Of a stretch of DNA of 64,000 nucleotides, positions 56,256 through 64,000 are shown one piece after another. A program made the translations under genes and the position numbers. This stretch comes from Gemmatimonadales bacterium (lineage in GTDB: Bacteria; Gemmatimonadota; Gemmatimonadetes; Gemmatimonadales; GWC2-71-9): the NCBI GenBank assembly GCA_035457305.1, contig DATIBS010000131.1:1831-65830 (forward strand), in the 5' to 3' direction. Every line of letters starts with the position of its first letter. Position 1 is the stretch's first letter. The notes beneath the pieces are model-generated. The model ran no database searches. It saw nothing but the letters and a program-made list of their open reading frames with translations, and was not told the DNA's origin.

Positions 56256-57368
56256 ATGACCACCACCGCTCCCGCCGTCCCTGCCACCGGTTTCGGCCGG
56301 TTCTTCCTCCCCGGGCCCACCGAGGTCCACCCCGACGTGCTCGCGGCGCAGACCCGGCCGATGATCGGCCACCGCGGGAAGGGTATGGAGGAACTGCTCG
56401 CCCGGATGCAGCCTGGCCTCCAGGCCCTCTTCCGCACCCGCCGCCCGGTGTACATCGGCGCCTGTTCCGCCACGGGCTTCATGGAGGGCGCCATCCGGAA
56501 CTGCGCCGGCCGGCGCGCGCTCGCGCTGGTGAACGGCGCCTTCTCCGAGCGCTTTCTCCGGATCGCCCGGGCCAATGGCATCGAGGCCGACGCCCTGACG
56601 GTGGAGTGGGGTGAGGCGCATGATCCGGACCGCGTCGCCGAGGCCCTGGCCCGCCAGGCCTACGACGCGGTGACCGTGGTGCACTCCGAGACCTCCACCG
56701 GCGTCCTCAACCCGGTCCGGGAGATCGCCGACGTCTGCCGCCGGGCCGGCGACGTCCTGCTCCTGGTGGACAGCGTCACCGGTATTGCCGGCGCACCGGT
56801 GGAGCCGGACGCCTGGGGGCTCGACCTGGTGCTGACCGGCTCGCAGAAGGCGCTCGCGCTGCCGCCAGGCCTCGCGCTCGGGGTGCTGCAGCCCTCCGCC
56901 CTGGCTCGCGCGGAACGCGCGGCCAACCGCGGCGTCTACTTCGATTTCCTCGAGTACGAGGCCGCGGCGCAGAAGCACCAGACCGTCAACACCCCGGCGA
57001 TCTCCCTCCTGTATGCGCTCGAGACCCAGCTGGCGCGCATCGCGGCGGAGGGCGTCGAGGCACGGTGGGCGCGGCACCGCGCGATGGCCGAGCGCACCTG
57101 GGCGTGGGTCGACGAGATGGCGGCGCGGGGCGCCGTGGCAGGCGTCCTGGCGCCCGAGGGCTTCCGGGCCCCGACCGTCACCTGCATCCGCCTGGCCGGC
57201 GGGCGCACCGGGACGGCGGTGACGGCGGCGATGAAGGCGCGGGGCTTCGTGATCGGCGCGGGATACGGCAAGCTCAAGGACGCCACCATCCGCATCGGCC
57301 ACATGGGAGACCACACTCCGGCCGGGCTCGACGCGCTGCTGGCGGCGCTGACGGAGGTGCTCCAGTGA
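56256..57368 (+). CDS. Class-V (AGXT/SGAT-type) aminotransferase, probable phosphoserine aminotransferase by context
   Basis: ATG 56256. PGPTEVHPDVL, HSETSTGV, VDSVTGIAG, TGSQKALALPPG (PLP Lys), RIGHMG. Confidence 0.85.
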   Translation: MTTTAPAVPATGFGRFFLPGPTEVHPDVLAAQTRPMIGHRGKGMEELLARMQPGLQALFRTRRPVYIGACSATGFMEGAIRNCAGRRALALVNGAFSERFLRIARANGIEADALTVEWGEAHDPDRVAEALARQAYDAVTVVHSETSTGVLNPVREIADVCRRAGDVLLLVDSVTGIAGAPVEPDAWGLDLVLTGSQKALALPPGLALGVLQPSALARAERAANRGVYFDFLEYEAAAQKHQTVNTPAISLLYALETQLARIAAEGVEARWARHRAMAERTWAWVDEMAARGAVAGVLAPEGFRAPTVTCIRLAGGRTGTAVTAAMKARGFVIGAGYGKLKDATIRIGHMGDHTPAGLDALLAALTEVLQ

Positions 57369-58966
57369 CCGCCAAGCGCTGGCGCGTGCTGGTCACCGAC
57401 AAGATCGACCGGGACGGCCTGCGCCCGCTCGCGGAGGATGCCCGTTTCGAGCTGCTCGAGCGGGGCTCGCTCAAGCCCGCGGAGCTCGCCGAGGCCCTCG
57501 ACGGCGTCGAGGCGCTCCTCGTACGGAGTGCCACCCGCGTGCCCCGCGAGGCCCTGGCCCGCGCCAAGCGCCTTCGGATCATCGGTCGCGCCGGGGTCGG
57601 CGTGGACACCATCGACCTCGACGCGGCCACCGAGAAGGGCGTCGCGGTGGTCAACGCACCGGGCGGAAACACCATTGCCGTCGCGGAGCTCACCTTTGCG
57701 CTCCTCCTCGCCCTGGTCCGGAAGATCCCGGCCGCCGACCGCTCGATGCGGGCCGGTGGATGGGACCGGAGCCGGCTGGGCGGCACCGAGATCCACGGCA
57801 AGCTGCTGGGCCTGGTCGGCGCCGGCCGGGTCGGCGCCGAGGTGGCGCGCCGTGCCCGGGCCTTCGGGATGTCGGTGGTCGCGCACGATCCCTTCCTCGC
57901 GGCGGAGCGGGCGCGCGAGCTGGAGATCGAGCTGGTGCCGCTCGATGACCTGCTGCGCCGGTCCGACGTGGTGAGCCTCCACACGCCGCTCACGGACCAG
58001 ACCCGGGGTCTGGTCGGCGCGCGCGAGCTCGGCCTGATGCGGCCCGACGCCATCCTCATCAACGCCGCGCGGGGCGGCGTCGTGGACGAAGTCGCCCTCC
58101 TGGAGGCGCTCCAGGCTGGACGGCTGGGTGGCGCGGCGCTCGACGTGTACGCCGTCGAGCCGCTGCCGGCCGACCACCCGTTCCGCAGCCTCGAGAACGT
58201 CATCCTCACCCCGCACCTCGGCGCGTCCACCGAGGAGGCCCAGCGGAACGTGGCACTCGAAGTCGCCGAGGCGGTGCGGGCGGCGCTGGTGGATGGTGAT
58301 CTCTCGCGCGCCGTCAATGGACCGGCCATCGGCGGGGAGCGGCTCCGGCGCGCCCGGCCCCTGCTCGACCTGGCCACCCGGCTGGGACGGCTCCTCGCCT
58401 CCCTGGCGGGGGGAGCCGCCACCCGGCTGGAGCTCCGCTATTCCGGAGCGGAGGATCTGGTCCTCGATCCGCTCGCCGCAGCGGCCGCGGTGGGGTTCCT
58501 CGAAAGCGTCGTGGGCCGGGACGGGGTCAACCTGGTGAACTCCCTGCACCTCGCCCGGACCCGCGGCATCGAGATGGCGCGCACCCGGAGCCGCCGCCAG
58601 GACGCCTGGCCGGAGCTGCTGGAGCTCCGCAGTTGCTGGGCGGGGGGCGTTTCCAGCGCCAGCGGCGTCGTGCTCGGGGGCGGACACACCCGGATCATCG
58701 AGCTCGACGGCTTCCGCGTGGACGTGCGGCCCTCGGGCACGCTGCTGATCCTGCGGAACCGCGACGTGCCGGGGGTCATCGGGCGAGTCGGCACGGCGCT
58801 CGGCCAGGCGGGCCTCAACATCGGCGAGTACCATCAGGCGCGGCACGAGCAGGGCGGGGAGGCCCTCGCGACCGTGAGCACCGATGGCTCGCCCTCCCCG
58901 GAACTGCTCGAGGCCCTGCGGACACTGCCCGAGGTGCTCGACGCCCGGGTGGCGCGCCTCGACTGA
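57365..58966 (+). CDS. serA: D-3-phosphoglycerate dehydrogenase (long form with ASB and ACT domains)
   Basis: GTGA overlap with the aminotransferase gene. GRAGVGVDTID, GLVGAGRVG, INAARGGVVDE, TPHLGAST. C-terminal ACT region (RDVPGVIGRVGTALGQAGLNI). Confidence 0.92.
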   Translation: MTAKRWRVLVTDKIDRDGLRPLAEDARFELLERGSLKPAELAEALDGVEALLVRSATRVPREALARAKRLRIIGRAGVGVDTIDLDAATEKGVAVVNAPGGNTIAVAELTFALLLALVRKIPAADRSMRAGGWDRSRLGGTEIHGKLLGLVGAGRVGAEVARRARAFGMSVVAHDPFLAAERARELEIELVPLDDLLRRSDVVSLHTPLTDQTRGLVGARELGLMRPDAILINAARGGVVDEVALLEALQAGRLGGAALDVYAVEPLPADHPFRSLENVILTPHLGASTEEAQRNVALEVAEAVRAALVDGDLSRAVNGPAIGGERLRRARPLLDLATRLGRLLASLAGGAATRLELRYSGAEDLVLDPLAAAAAVGFLESVVGRDGVNLVNSLHLARTRGIEMARTRSRRQDAWPELLELRSCWAGGVSSASGVVLGGGHTRIIELDGFRVDVRPSGTLLILRNRDVPGVIGRVGTALGQAGLNIGEYHQARHEQGGEALATVSTDGSPSPELLEALRTLPEVLDARVARLD

Positions 58967-59019
58967 CGCTTCCGACTCCCGACTTCCTTCTCACTTCTCA
59001 CTCTCGCATCCACCTGCCC

Positions 59020-61032
59020 ATGCTCCTCGCGCTTCTCGCGTCCGCCGCGCTCCTCCAGGAGCCCACCGCCCCCGTGTCCATCCGGCCCTCCCCGGTCGCG
59101 CGCCTCGTGCTCAAGCCGGGGCCCCGGCCGGTCGTCACCGCCGGCGACACGCTGCGCCTCTCGGCCGAGGCGCTCGACAGCGCCGGCCGGCCGGTGCCCG
59201 ATGTCCGCATCCGTTTCATGCCGGCGGGCGGCCGCTTCGAAGGAGAGGTCGAGGCGGACGGCCTCGTCACCGCGGGATCCACCGGCACCATCCCCGTAAG
59301 CGTCGTGGCGAGCGTGTCGGGGTCGCGGCCGTTCGTCGAGCGGGTGGAGGTCCAGATGGTGCCCGGGCCGGCGGCCCGCGTGGAGATCACCCCGCGCCCG
59401 GCGCGGATGGTGACGGGCCAGCGCTTCCGGCTCACCGGCCGGAACTGGTCGGCCGCCGGAGACCCGCGCCACGAGTCGGTGACCTGGTCCAGTTCCGCGC
59501 CTAGGGTGGCGCGCGTGGGGGAGGATGGCCAGCTCGTGGCCGGCGCCCCCGGCCGGGCGACGATCACCGCGCGCGCCGGGCGCGCGGAGGCCAGCCTCCC
59601 CGTCGAGGTGGTGGCAGGTGCGATCGCGCGGGTCGAGGTCACGCCGGCCCGCGTGGAGGCGCGCACCGGCGACGTCATCCGATTCACTGCCCGCGCCATG
59701 GGCGCAAACGGGCGGGTCATCTCCGGGCTCACGCCGACCTGGACCTTTGCGCCGGGCCAGGGCCGGGTGGATCCCGACGGCGCCTTCGTCGGCTACGAGC
59801 CGGGGGAGTACACGGTGAGTGCGTCCTTCGGGGCCGCCGGCGCCGACGCGGCCGTGACCCTCGCCCCGCGGGACGTGCGCCGGCCGCTCACCGTGGTCGG
59901 CCGACTGCCCCGGGACCTGTTCAACACCGAGGAGGTCTGGGTGCACCCCGACGGCCGCCACGCCTACCTCGGCACCGGCGGCGGCGGGGACCGGCTCTAC
60001 GCCATCGACATCAGCAATCCCGCCCAGCCGGTGGTCACCGACTCGATCGTCGCCAACACCCGGCGGGTGAACGACGTGATGACCACGCCGGACGGGCGCA
60101 CGATGGTCTTCACCCGCGAGGGAGCCTCGGACCGCCGGAACGGCATCGTGATCGCGTCGCTGGAGGACCCGGCGCATCCGAAGCCGATCGCGGAGTTCAC
60201 CGACGGGGTCACGGCCGGCGTCCACTCGGCCTTCATCTATGCCGACCCGAAGTACGGGACCCACGTCTTCCTGACGAACGACGGCACCGGAGCGATCCAC
60301 GTCCTCAACATCGACGACCCGTATCGCCCCCGCGAGGTGGCGCAGTGGCGCACCGACCGGCCCGATGCCGGCCGGACGCTGCACGACGTGGACGTCCAGG
60401 ACGGCCTCGCCTATCTCAGCTACTGGAATGACGGCCTGGTCATCCTCGACGTGGGCAACGGCATGAAGGGCGGGCGGCCGGATCATCCGGTCCTGGTGTC
60501 GCAGTTCAAGTACGACCTGAACGCGCTCTATCGTGACGTCGAGGCAACGGCCGGGCCGGGGTTCATCCGGGGCACCCACACCGCGTGGCGCCACCGGACC
60601 TACGTCTTCATCGCCGACGAGGTCTTTCCCGCTGCGGGAGTGAAGGGGGCGAAGGACGCCGCCTCGGGCCGGGCCTACGGCCGGCTGCAGGTGATCGATG
60701 TCGCGGACCTGGAGGCGCCGAAGTCGGTGGCCTTCTACGAACCGGAATTCGGTGGGGTGCACAACATCTGGGTGGCGGGCGACACGCTCTACCTGGGCGC
60801 CTACAACGGCGGCTTCCGCGCCTTCGACGTCTCCGGCGAGCTGCGCGGCGACCTCCGGGCCCAGGGCCGGGAGATGGCCCACCTCAACACCGCGGACATG
60901 GAGGGGCGGGTCAAGAACTCCGCGATGACCTGGGGGGTCGTCGTGAAGGACGGCCTCGCCTACGTCAACGACATGCACAACGGGCTCTGGATCGTCCGCC
61001 TCGAGCCCCGGCGGGAAGAGCCGCTGCCGTAG
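59020..61032 (+). CDS. Secreted protein with Big_2-type Ig-like domains and a C-terminal LVIVD-repeat beta-propeller
   Basis: ATG 59020. Repeated Ig-like segments (VTWSSSAPRVARVGEDGQLVAGAPGRATITA). LVIVD-like repeats (LYAIDISNPAQPVVT, IHVLNIDDPYRPREV, GLVILDVG, LQVIDVADLEAPKSV, GLWIVRL). Confidence 0.75.
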   Translation: MLLALLASAALLQEPTAPVSIRPSPVARLVLKPGPRPVVTAGDTLRLSAEALDSAGRPVPDVRIRFMPAGGRFEGEVEADGLVTAGSTGTIPVSVVASVSGSRPFVERVEVQMVPGPAARVEITPRPARMVTGQRFRLTGRNWSAAGDPRHESVTWSSSAPRVARVGEDGQLVAGAPGRATITARAGRAEASLPVEVVAGAIARVEVTPARVEARTGDVIRFTARAMGANGRVISGLTPTWTFAPGQGRVDPDGAFVGYEPGEYTVSASFGAAGADAAVTLAPRDVRRPLTVVGRLPRDLFNTEEVWVHPDGRHAYLGTGGGGDRLYAIDISNPAQPVVTDSIVANTRRVNDVMTTPDGRTMVFTREGASDRRNGIVIASLEDPAHPKPIAEFTDGVTAGVHSAFIYADPKYGTHVFLTNDGTGAIHVLNIDDPYRPREVAQWRTDRPDAGRTLHDVDVQDGLAYLSYWNDGLVILDVGNGMKGGRPDHPVLVSQFKYDLNALYRDVEATAGPGFIRGTHTAWRHRTYVFIADEVFPAAGVKGAKDAASGRAYGRLQVIDVADLEAPKSVAFYEPEFGGVHNIWVAGDTLYLGAYNGGFRAFDVSGELRGDLRAQGREMAHLNTADMEGRVKNSAMTWGVVVKDGLAYVNDMHNGLWIVRLEPRREEPLP

Positions 61033-61052
61033 GAGCGGTGCCGGCCGCCCGG

Positions 61053-61085
61053 GGTGGGGAGGGGCCATCAGGGCCCCACCCCACT
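61053..61085 (+). terminator. G/C-run hairpin after the LVIVD gene (no U-tract)
   Basis: GGGGCC/GGCCCC inner stem (61061-61066 / 61072-61077) extended by GGGG/CCCC plus 3 more pairs, with one A.A mismatch. Confidence 0.4.
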
Positions 61086-61200
61086 CTGGCCGGGCCTGCA
61101 GTCCCGGGAGGTGACTTCCGGGCCCGGAGCGAGGCTCCTGGCCCCCGGGGCCCGGGCCCACACTTCCGCGCCCCCCGCCCGCCCGGCATCTTGCTGGGGA

Positions 61201-62505
61201 ATGCAGACCACGATCGCGGCCCTCGCCGTCCTGGCGGTGGGCTACCTCCTGAATCACCTGCTGTTCGACCGCCTCCGCCTCCGGTTCGGGTACGTGGGCG
61301 CGGCCGAATACGTGCTGCTGGGCATGCTGCTCGGCCCGGCCACCGGCTTCCTCTCCCAGGAAGTCGTGCGGGATCTGACGCCGCTCGTGAGCCTGGCGCT
61401 GGGCTGGGTGGGGATGACGGTGGGCACCTACTTCCGTCTCCCGGCGATGGCGCTCCTTCCGGGGGCGCACGTCCGAATCGCGTTCGCGGAGGCGGCCGCC
61501 ACCTTCGGCCTCGCGGCCGGGCTCCTCTTCGCGCTGCTCCATTATGCCGCGGGGTACGACCTGTCGACCGCGGCGATCCCGGCCCTCACCCTCGCGGCCA
61601 TCGCCGTGATCGGGGCGCCGTCGGCGGTGGACGCGCTCGCCCTTCGCGGGTACGGGAGCCGGCGCCTCTTCCCGGTGCTCCAGCTCACGGCGCGGATCGA
61701 CGCCCTGGTGGGCATCGTGGCGTTCGGCCTCCTGCTCGCCGTCTTCCACCAGGGGGCGACGGCCCCGTCGGTCCGGCCACCCACGCCGACGGAATGGGCG
61801 GTCATCAACGTCGCGGTGGGCGTGGTGAGCGGGGTGCTCTTCCACCTCTTTCTCGGGCCGAAGGGCGACCTCGCCGCGGCGGCCCAGCAGTCGCGCCTGT
61901 TCATCGCGCTCGCGGGCGCCATCGTCATCGCGAGCGGTGCGTCGTACTACCTCAACCTCTCGCCGATCTTCACCACCCTCGTCCTGGGGGTGATCCTCGC
62001 GAACACCGCGGGCGGGGAGCGGAGCGCCACCCGCGTGCTGCGCGCCACCCAGCGGCCGATCTACCTGGCCCTCCTCATCTTCGCCGGCGCGGCGTGGCGC
62101 GGAAGCGACCCGTCGCTCTACTTCATCCCGCCGGCCTTCGTCGCCATCCGGCTGCTCGCCCGCCTCACGGGCGGGTTGGTGGGCGGGCGGGTCGCGGCGC
62201 CTCGGGACCTGCGGGCGCCGGCGCTCGGCCGGGGGTTGCTCAGCCAGGGGGCCATCGGCGTGGCGGTGGCCCTCAACTACGCGCAGGTCTTTCCCGAGCT
62301 CGCCGCGCAGACGGTGCTCGGCGCGGCCCTGGTCTCGGTGCTGGTCTTCGAGGTGGTGGCCGGGCCGGAGACGGCGGCGCTCCTCGACCCGGGGGGGACG
62401 CCGCCCCCGCCCCCCACGCCCGACGAGCGGGATCCCGCGCTCACGCCGCTGACCGGCGTTCCGGCCGTCGGGCGACCGCCGGGACCGGCGGAGGACGGGT
62501 CGTGA
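61201..62505 (+). CDS. Divergent CPA2-like membrane protein (no DD motif)
   Basis: ATG 61201. About 11-12 TM. Degenerate antiporter signatures (YVLLGMLLGPATG, TARIDALVGIV). Pro-rich tail. Confidence 0.65.
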   Translation: MQTTIAALAVLAVGYLLNHLLFDRLRLRFGYVGAAEYVLLGMLLGPATGFLSQEVVRDLTPLVSLALGWVGMTVGTYFRLPAMALLPGAHVRIAFAEAAATFGLAAGLLFALLHYAAGYDLSTAAIPALTLAAIAVIGAPSAVDALALRGYGSRRLFPVLQLTARIDALVGIVAFGLLLAVFHQGATAPSVRPPTPTEWAVINVAVGVVSGVLFHLFLGPKGDLAAAAQQSRLFIALAGAIVIASGASYYLNLSPIFTTLVLGVILANTAGGERSATRVLRATQRPIYLALLIFAGAAWRGSDPSLYFIPPAFVAIRLLARLTGGLVGGRVAAPRDLRAPALGRGLLSQGAIGVAVALNYAQVFPELAAQTVLGAALVSVLVFEVVAGPETAALLDPGGTPPPPPTPDERDPALTPLTGVPAVGRPPGPAEDGS

Positions 62506-63797
62506 TCCGGCGGCTGGTGGTCCTTCTCCTGCTCGTGGGTGGGCGCGCGCTGATCGAGCCGCTCCGGGCGCCGACGGAAGGGGTGATCGGCCCCGCGTCG
62601 CTCCTCTCCTTCGGCGTCCTCCTGCTCACCGCCGACACCCTCGGCCAGCTGGCGCACGACCTCAAGCTGCCCCGGCTGCTCGGCTATCTGCTGGCCGGCC
62701 TCGTCCTCGGTCCGACGCTGATGGGCGTCGTTCCCGACGGGGCGATCACCGACCTCGGGATGATGAAGCAGCTGGCGGTCGGGGTGATCGGGCTCCTCGC
62801 GGGCGTCGAGCTCCGGCTTCCGGACGTGCGCCAGCGATGGCGGACCATCCTCGCGATCCTCGTCGCCCAGACGGTGTTCGTCGTGGCCCTGCTCTCGGCG
62901 GGCGTGCTCCTGCTCCGCGGCCAGCTCCCGTTCCTGGGCGGGTTGGGCACGGCCGCCGTGGTGGCGACGACCGTGCTCATTGCCACCACCCTCACGGTCA
63001 ACTCGCCGATGGTCACGCTGGCCGTGCTCTCCGAGACGCGCGCCCAGGGGCCGGTGGCGAAGACGGTGCTCGGCGTGGTGCTCCTCGCCGACGTGCTCAT
63101 CATCGTGCTGTTCACGGTGGCGCTCGCGGTGGCCCAGGGGACGATGGATGTGGGCGGTGGGGTCGGCGTCGGGGAGCTGCTGGCCCGGCTCTGGGGCGAC
63201 GTGCTCGGCTCGATCGTGGCCGGCGTGGTGATCGGCGGGATCCTCACCCTGTACCTGCGATTCGTCCAGCGGGAGATGATCCTCTTCGCGGTGATGGTGG
63301 TCTTCGCCACGGCGTTCGCCGCGGAGACCCTGCACTTCGAGTTGCTCCTCAGCCTGCTCGTGGCCGGGTTCCTGGTGGAGAACGTGGCACCGGTCCGGGC
63401 CGAGCCGCTCGTCCACGCGCTGCAGGAGACGGCGGGACCGGTGTTCGTCGTGTTCTTCGCCCTGGCCGGGGCGGAACTCCACCTGGAGGCCTTCCTCACC
63501 CTCTGGCCGGTGGTGCTGGCGCTGGCGACACTCCGGGCGGCGGGGGTCTTCGCCGGGGCCCGGCTCGGGAGCCGGTGGGGTGGGGCGGAAGAGCCGGTGC
63601 GGCGCTATGCCTGGATGGGGCTGGTCTCCCAGGCCGGTGTGGCCCTGGGGCTCGCCACGCTGATCGCGGAGCGGTTCCCGGCGGTCGGGATCGGGGCCCA
63701 GGCGGTCATCGTGGGGATCATCGCGGTGAACGAGACGGTGGGCCCGATCCTCTTCCGGCAGGCGCTGGTGCGGGCGCGGGAGGTCCAGGAGGCGTAG
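62502..63797 (+). CDS. CPA2-like cation:proton antiporter paralog (AD in place of DD)
   Basis: GTGA overlap with the previous gene. LLGYLLAGLVLGP, GVELRL, VLLADVLIIVLF, SQAGVALGLA. Confidence 0.75.
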   Translation: MIRRLVVLLLLVGGRALIEPLRAPTEGVIGPASLLSFGVLLLTADTLGQLAHDLKLPRLLGYLLAGLVLGPTLMGVVPDGAITDLGMMKQLAVGVIGLLAGVELRLPDVRQRWRTILAILVAQTVFVVALLSAGVLLLRGQLPFLGGLGTAAVVATTVLIATTLTVNSPMVTLAVLSETRAQGPVAKTVLGVVLLADVLIIVLFTVALAVAQGTMDVGGGVGVGELLARLWGDVLGSIVAGVVIGGILTLYLRFVQREMILFAVMVVFATAFAAETLHFELLLSLLVAGFLVENVAPVRAEPLVHALQETAGPVFVVFFALAGAELHLEAFLTLWPVVLALATLRAAGVFAGARLGSRWGGAEEPVRRYAWMGLVSQAGVALGLATLIAERFPAVGIGAQAVIVGIIAVNETVGPILFRQALVRAREVQEA

Positions 63798-63806
63798 GGC
63801 CGGGCC

Positions 63807-63835
63807 TTGACCCGCGGAGGGCTCCCGGTTAGGTT
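63807..63835 (+). promoter_or_regulatory. Candidate upstream promoter (P1-like) of a probable rRNA operon
   Basis: TTGACC (63807-63812), 17 nt, TAGGTT (63830-63835). Confidence 0.45.
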
Positions 63836-63907
63836 CGGCGTCCCTTCGCCAGGGCGGGTGCTGGCGGGGCCGGGGGCGGAGCCGGAATCCAGTGCAGTGA
63901 CAAGCAC

Positions 63908-63936
63908 TTGACTCTGGGCAACGCACCGGATATTAT
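63908..63936 (+). promoter_or_regulatory. Near-consensus sigma70 promoter (P2-like)
   Basis: TTGACT (63908-63913), exactly 17 nt, TATTAT (63931-63936). The most A/T-rich hexamer pair in the window. Confidence 0.6.
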
Positions 63937-63945
63937 GAATGGCTC

Positions 63946-63962
63946 CCCGCGAACTTCGCGGG
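63946..63962 (+). promoter_or_regulatory. boxB-like hairpin in the leader
   Basis: CCCGCGAA-C-TTCGCGGG palindrome located 17 nt upstream of the boxA-like element. Confidence 0.45.
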
Positions 63963-63978
63963 TTCGAGCACCGCACGA

Positions 63979-63991
63979 TGCTCTTTGACAA
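63979..63991 (+). promoter_or_regulatory. boxA-like Nus-factor antitermination element
   Basis: TGCTCTTTGACAA matches the E. coli rrn boxA TGCTCTTTAACAA at 12 of 13 positions. Confidence 0.7.
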
Positions 63992-64000
63992 GTGAAGTGA

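Noticed and set aside
58834-61845. A 1003-aa minus-strand ORF. Similar giant ORFs are 17639..20518(-), 4294..7008(-), 1592..3925(-), 50749..54081(+), 41562..42947(-), 42972..44645(-), 46719..49034(-), 54041..55543(-) and 62277..63926(-).
   Set aside because: All lie antisense to or out of frame with genes that carry clear family motifs. Their compositions are dominated by Arg/Pro/Gly/Ala/His runs. They are treated as GC-content artefacts.
63985-63990. TTGACA hexamer at the extreme right end, initially read as a third promoter -35 box.
   Set aside because: It lies inside TGCTCTTTGACAA, which matches the rrn boxA antitermination element at 12 of 13 positions. It is preceded by a boxB-like hairpin, so it is reinterpreted as boxA.

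Overview
By eye this window is about 70% G+C and coding-dense. It looks like a core chromosomal segment of a diderm bacterium, since LpxH-like, LptE-like, Omp85-type barrel, SecDF and MurA/B/I genes are all present. The gene order and protein style suggest Gemmatimonadota or a related FCB-group lineage, but that is an inference I cannot verify here. I call about 60 protein genes and 3 tRNAs.

Main gene content:
- **Translation and transcription:** a Firmicute-like rimP-nusA-ylxQ-infB-DUF503-rbfA-truB-ribF operon, and rplU-rpmA.
- **Secretion and one-carbon metabolism:** secD-secF-tatD-fhs-ridA.
- **Cell wall:** murA-pgeF, murI and murB.
- **Serine synthesis:** a serB / class-V aminotransferase / serA operon.
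- **Minus-strand operon:** thiolase / GDPD / 3-hydroxyacyl-CoA dehydrogenase followed by secreted amidohydrolases.
- **Membrane organisation:** nfeD-floA.
- **Transport:** three CPA2-like transporter genes.
- **Nucleotide and RNA housekeeping:** rph-rdgB.
- **tRNAs:** tRNA-Pro(TGG), tRNA-Arg(TCT) and a probable tRNA-Sec(TCA).
- **Right edge:** the window ends inside what looks like an rRNA-operon leader, with tandem sigma70-type promoters, a boxB-like hairpin and a near-consensus boxA.

I saw no CRISPR array, transposase, integrase, prophage or recognisable defence system.

The most unusual items:
1. A translationally coupled envelope gene string at 39200-46007. It centres on a 939-aa fusion of an HExxH peptidase-like domain, a TolB-like propeller and an Omp85-type barrel. 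It is flanked by a periplasmic HEAT-cyclophilin fusion, a LolB-like lipoprotein and an LptE-like lipoprotein.
2. The selC-like tRNA.
3. A promoter followed by a hairpin-T9 terminator immediately upstream of rimP-nusA, a probable leader attenuator.
4. A catalytic/degenerate amidohydrolase pair.
5. MurA with Asp at the fosfomycin-target Cys position.
6. C-rich heptad repeats with G-quadruplex potential.

Many long ORFs in the six-frame track are antisense or out-of-frame artefacts of the high G+C content and are rejected. All family assignments come from motif recognition by eye. No database search, covariance model or folding program was run.
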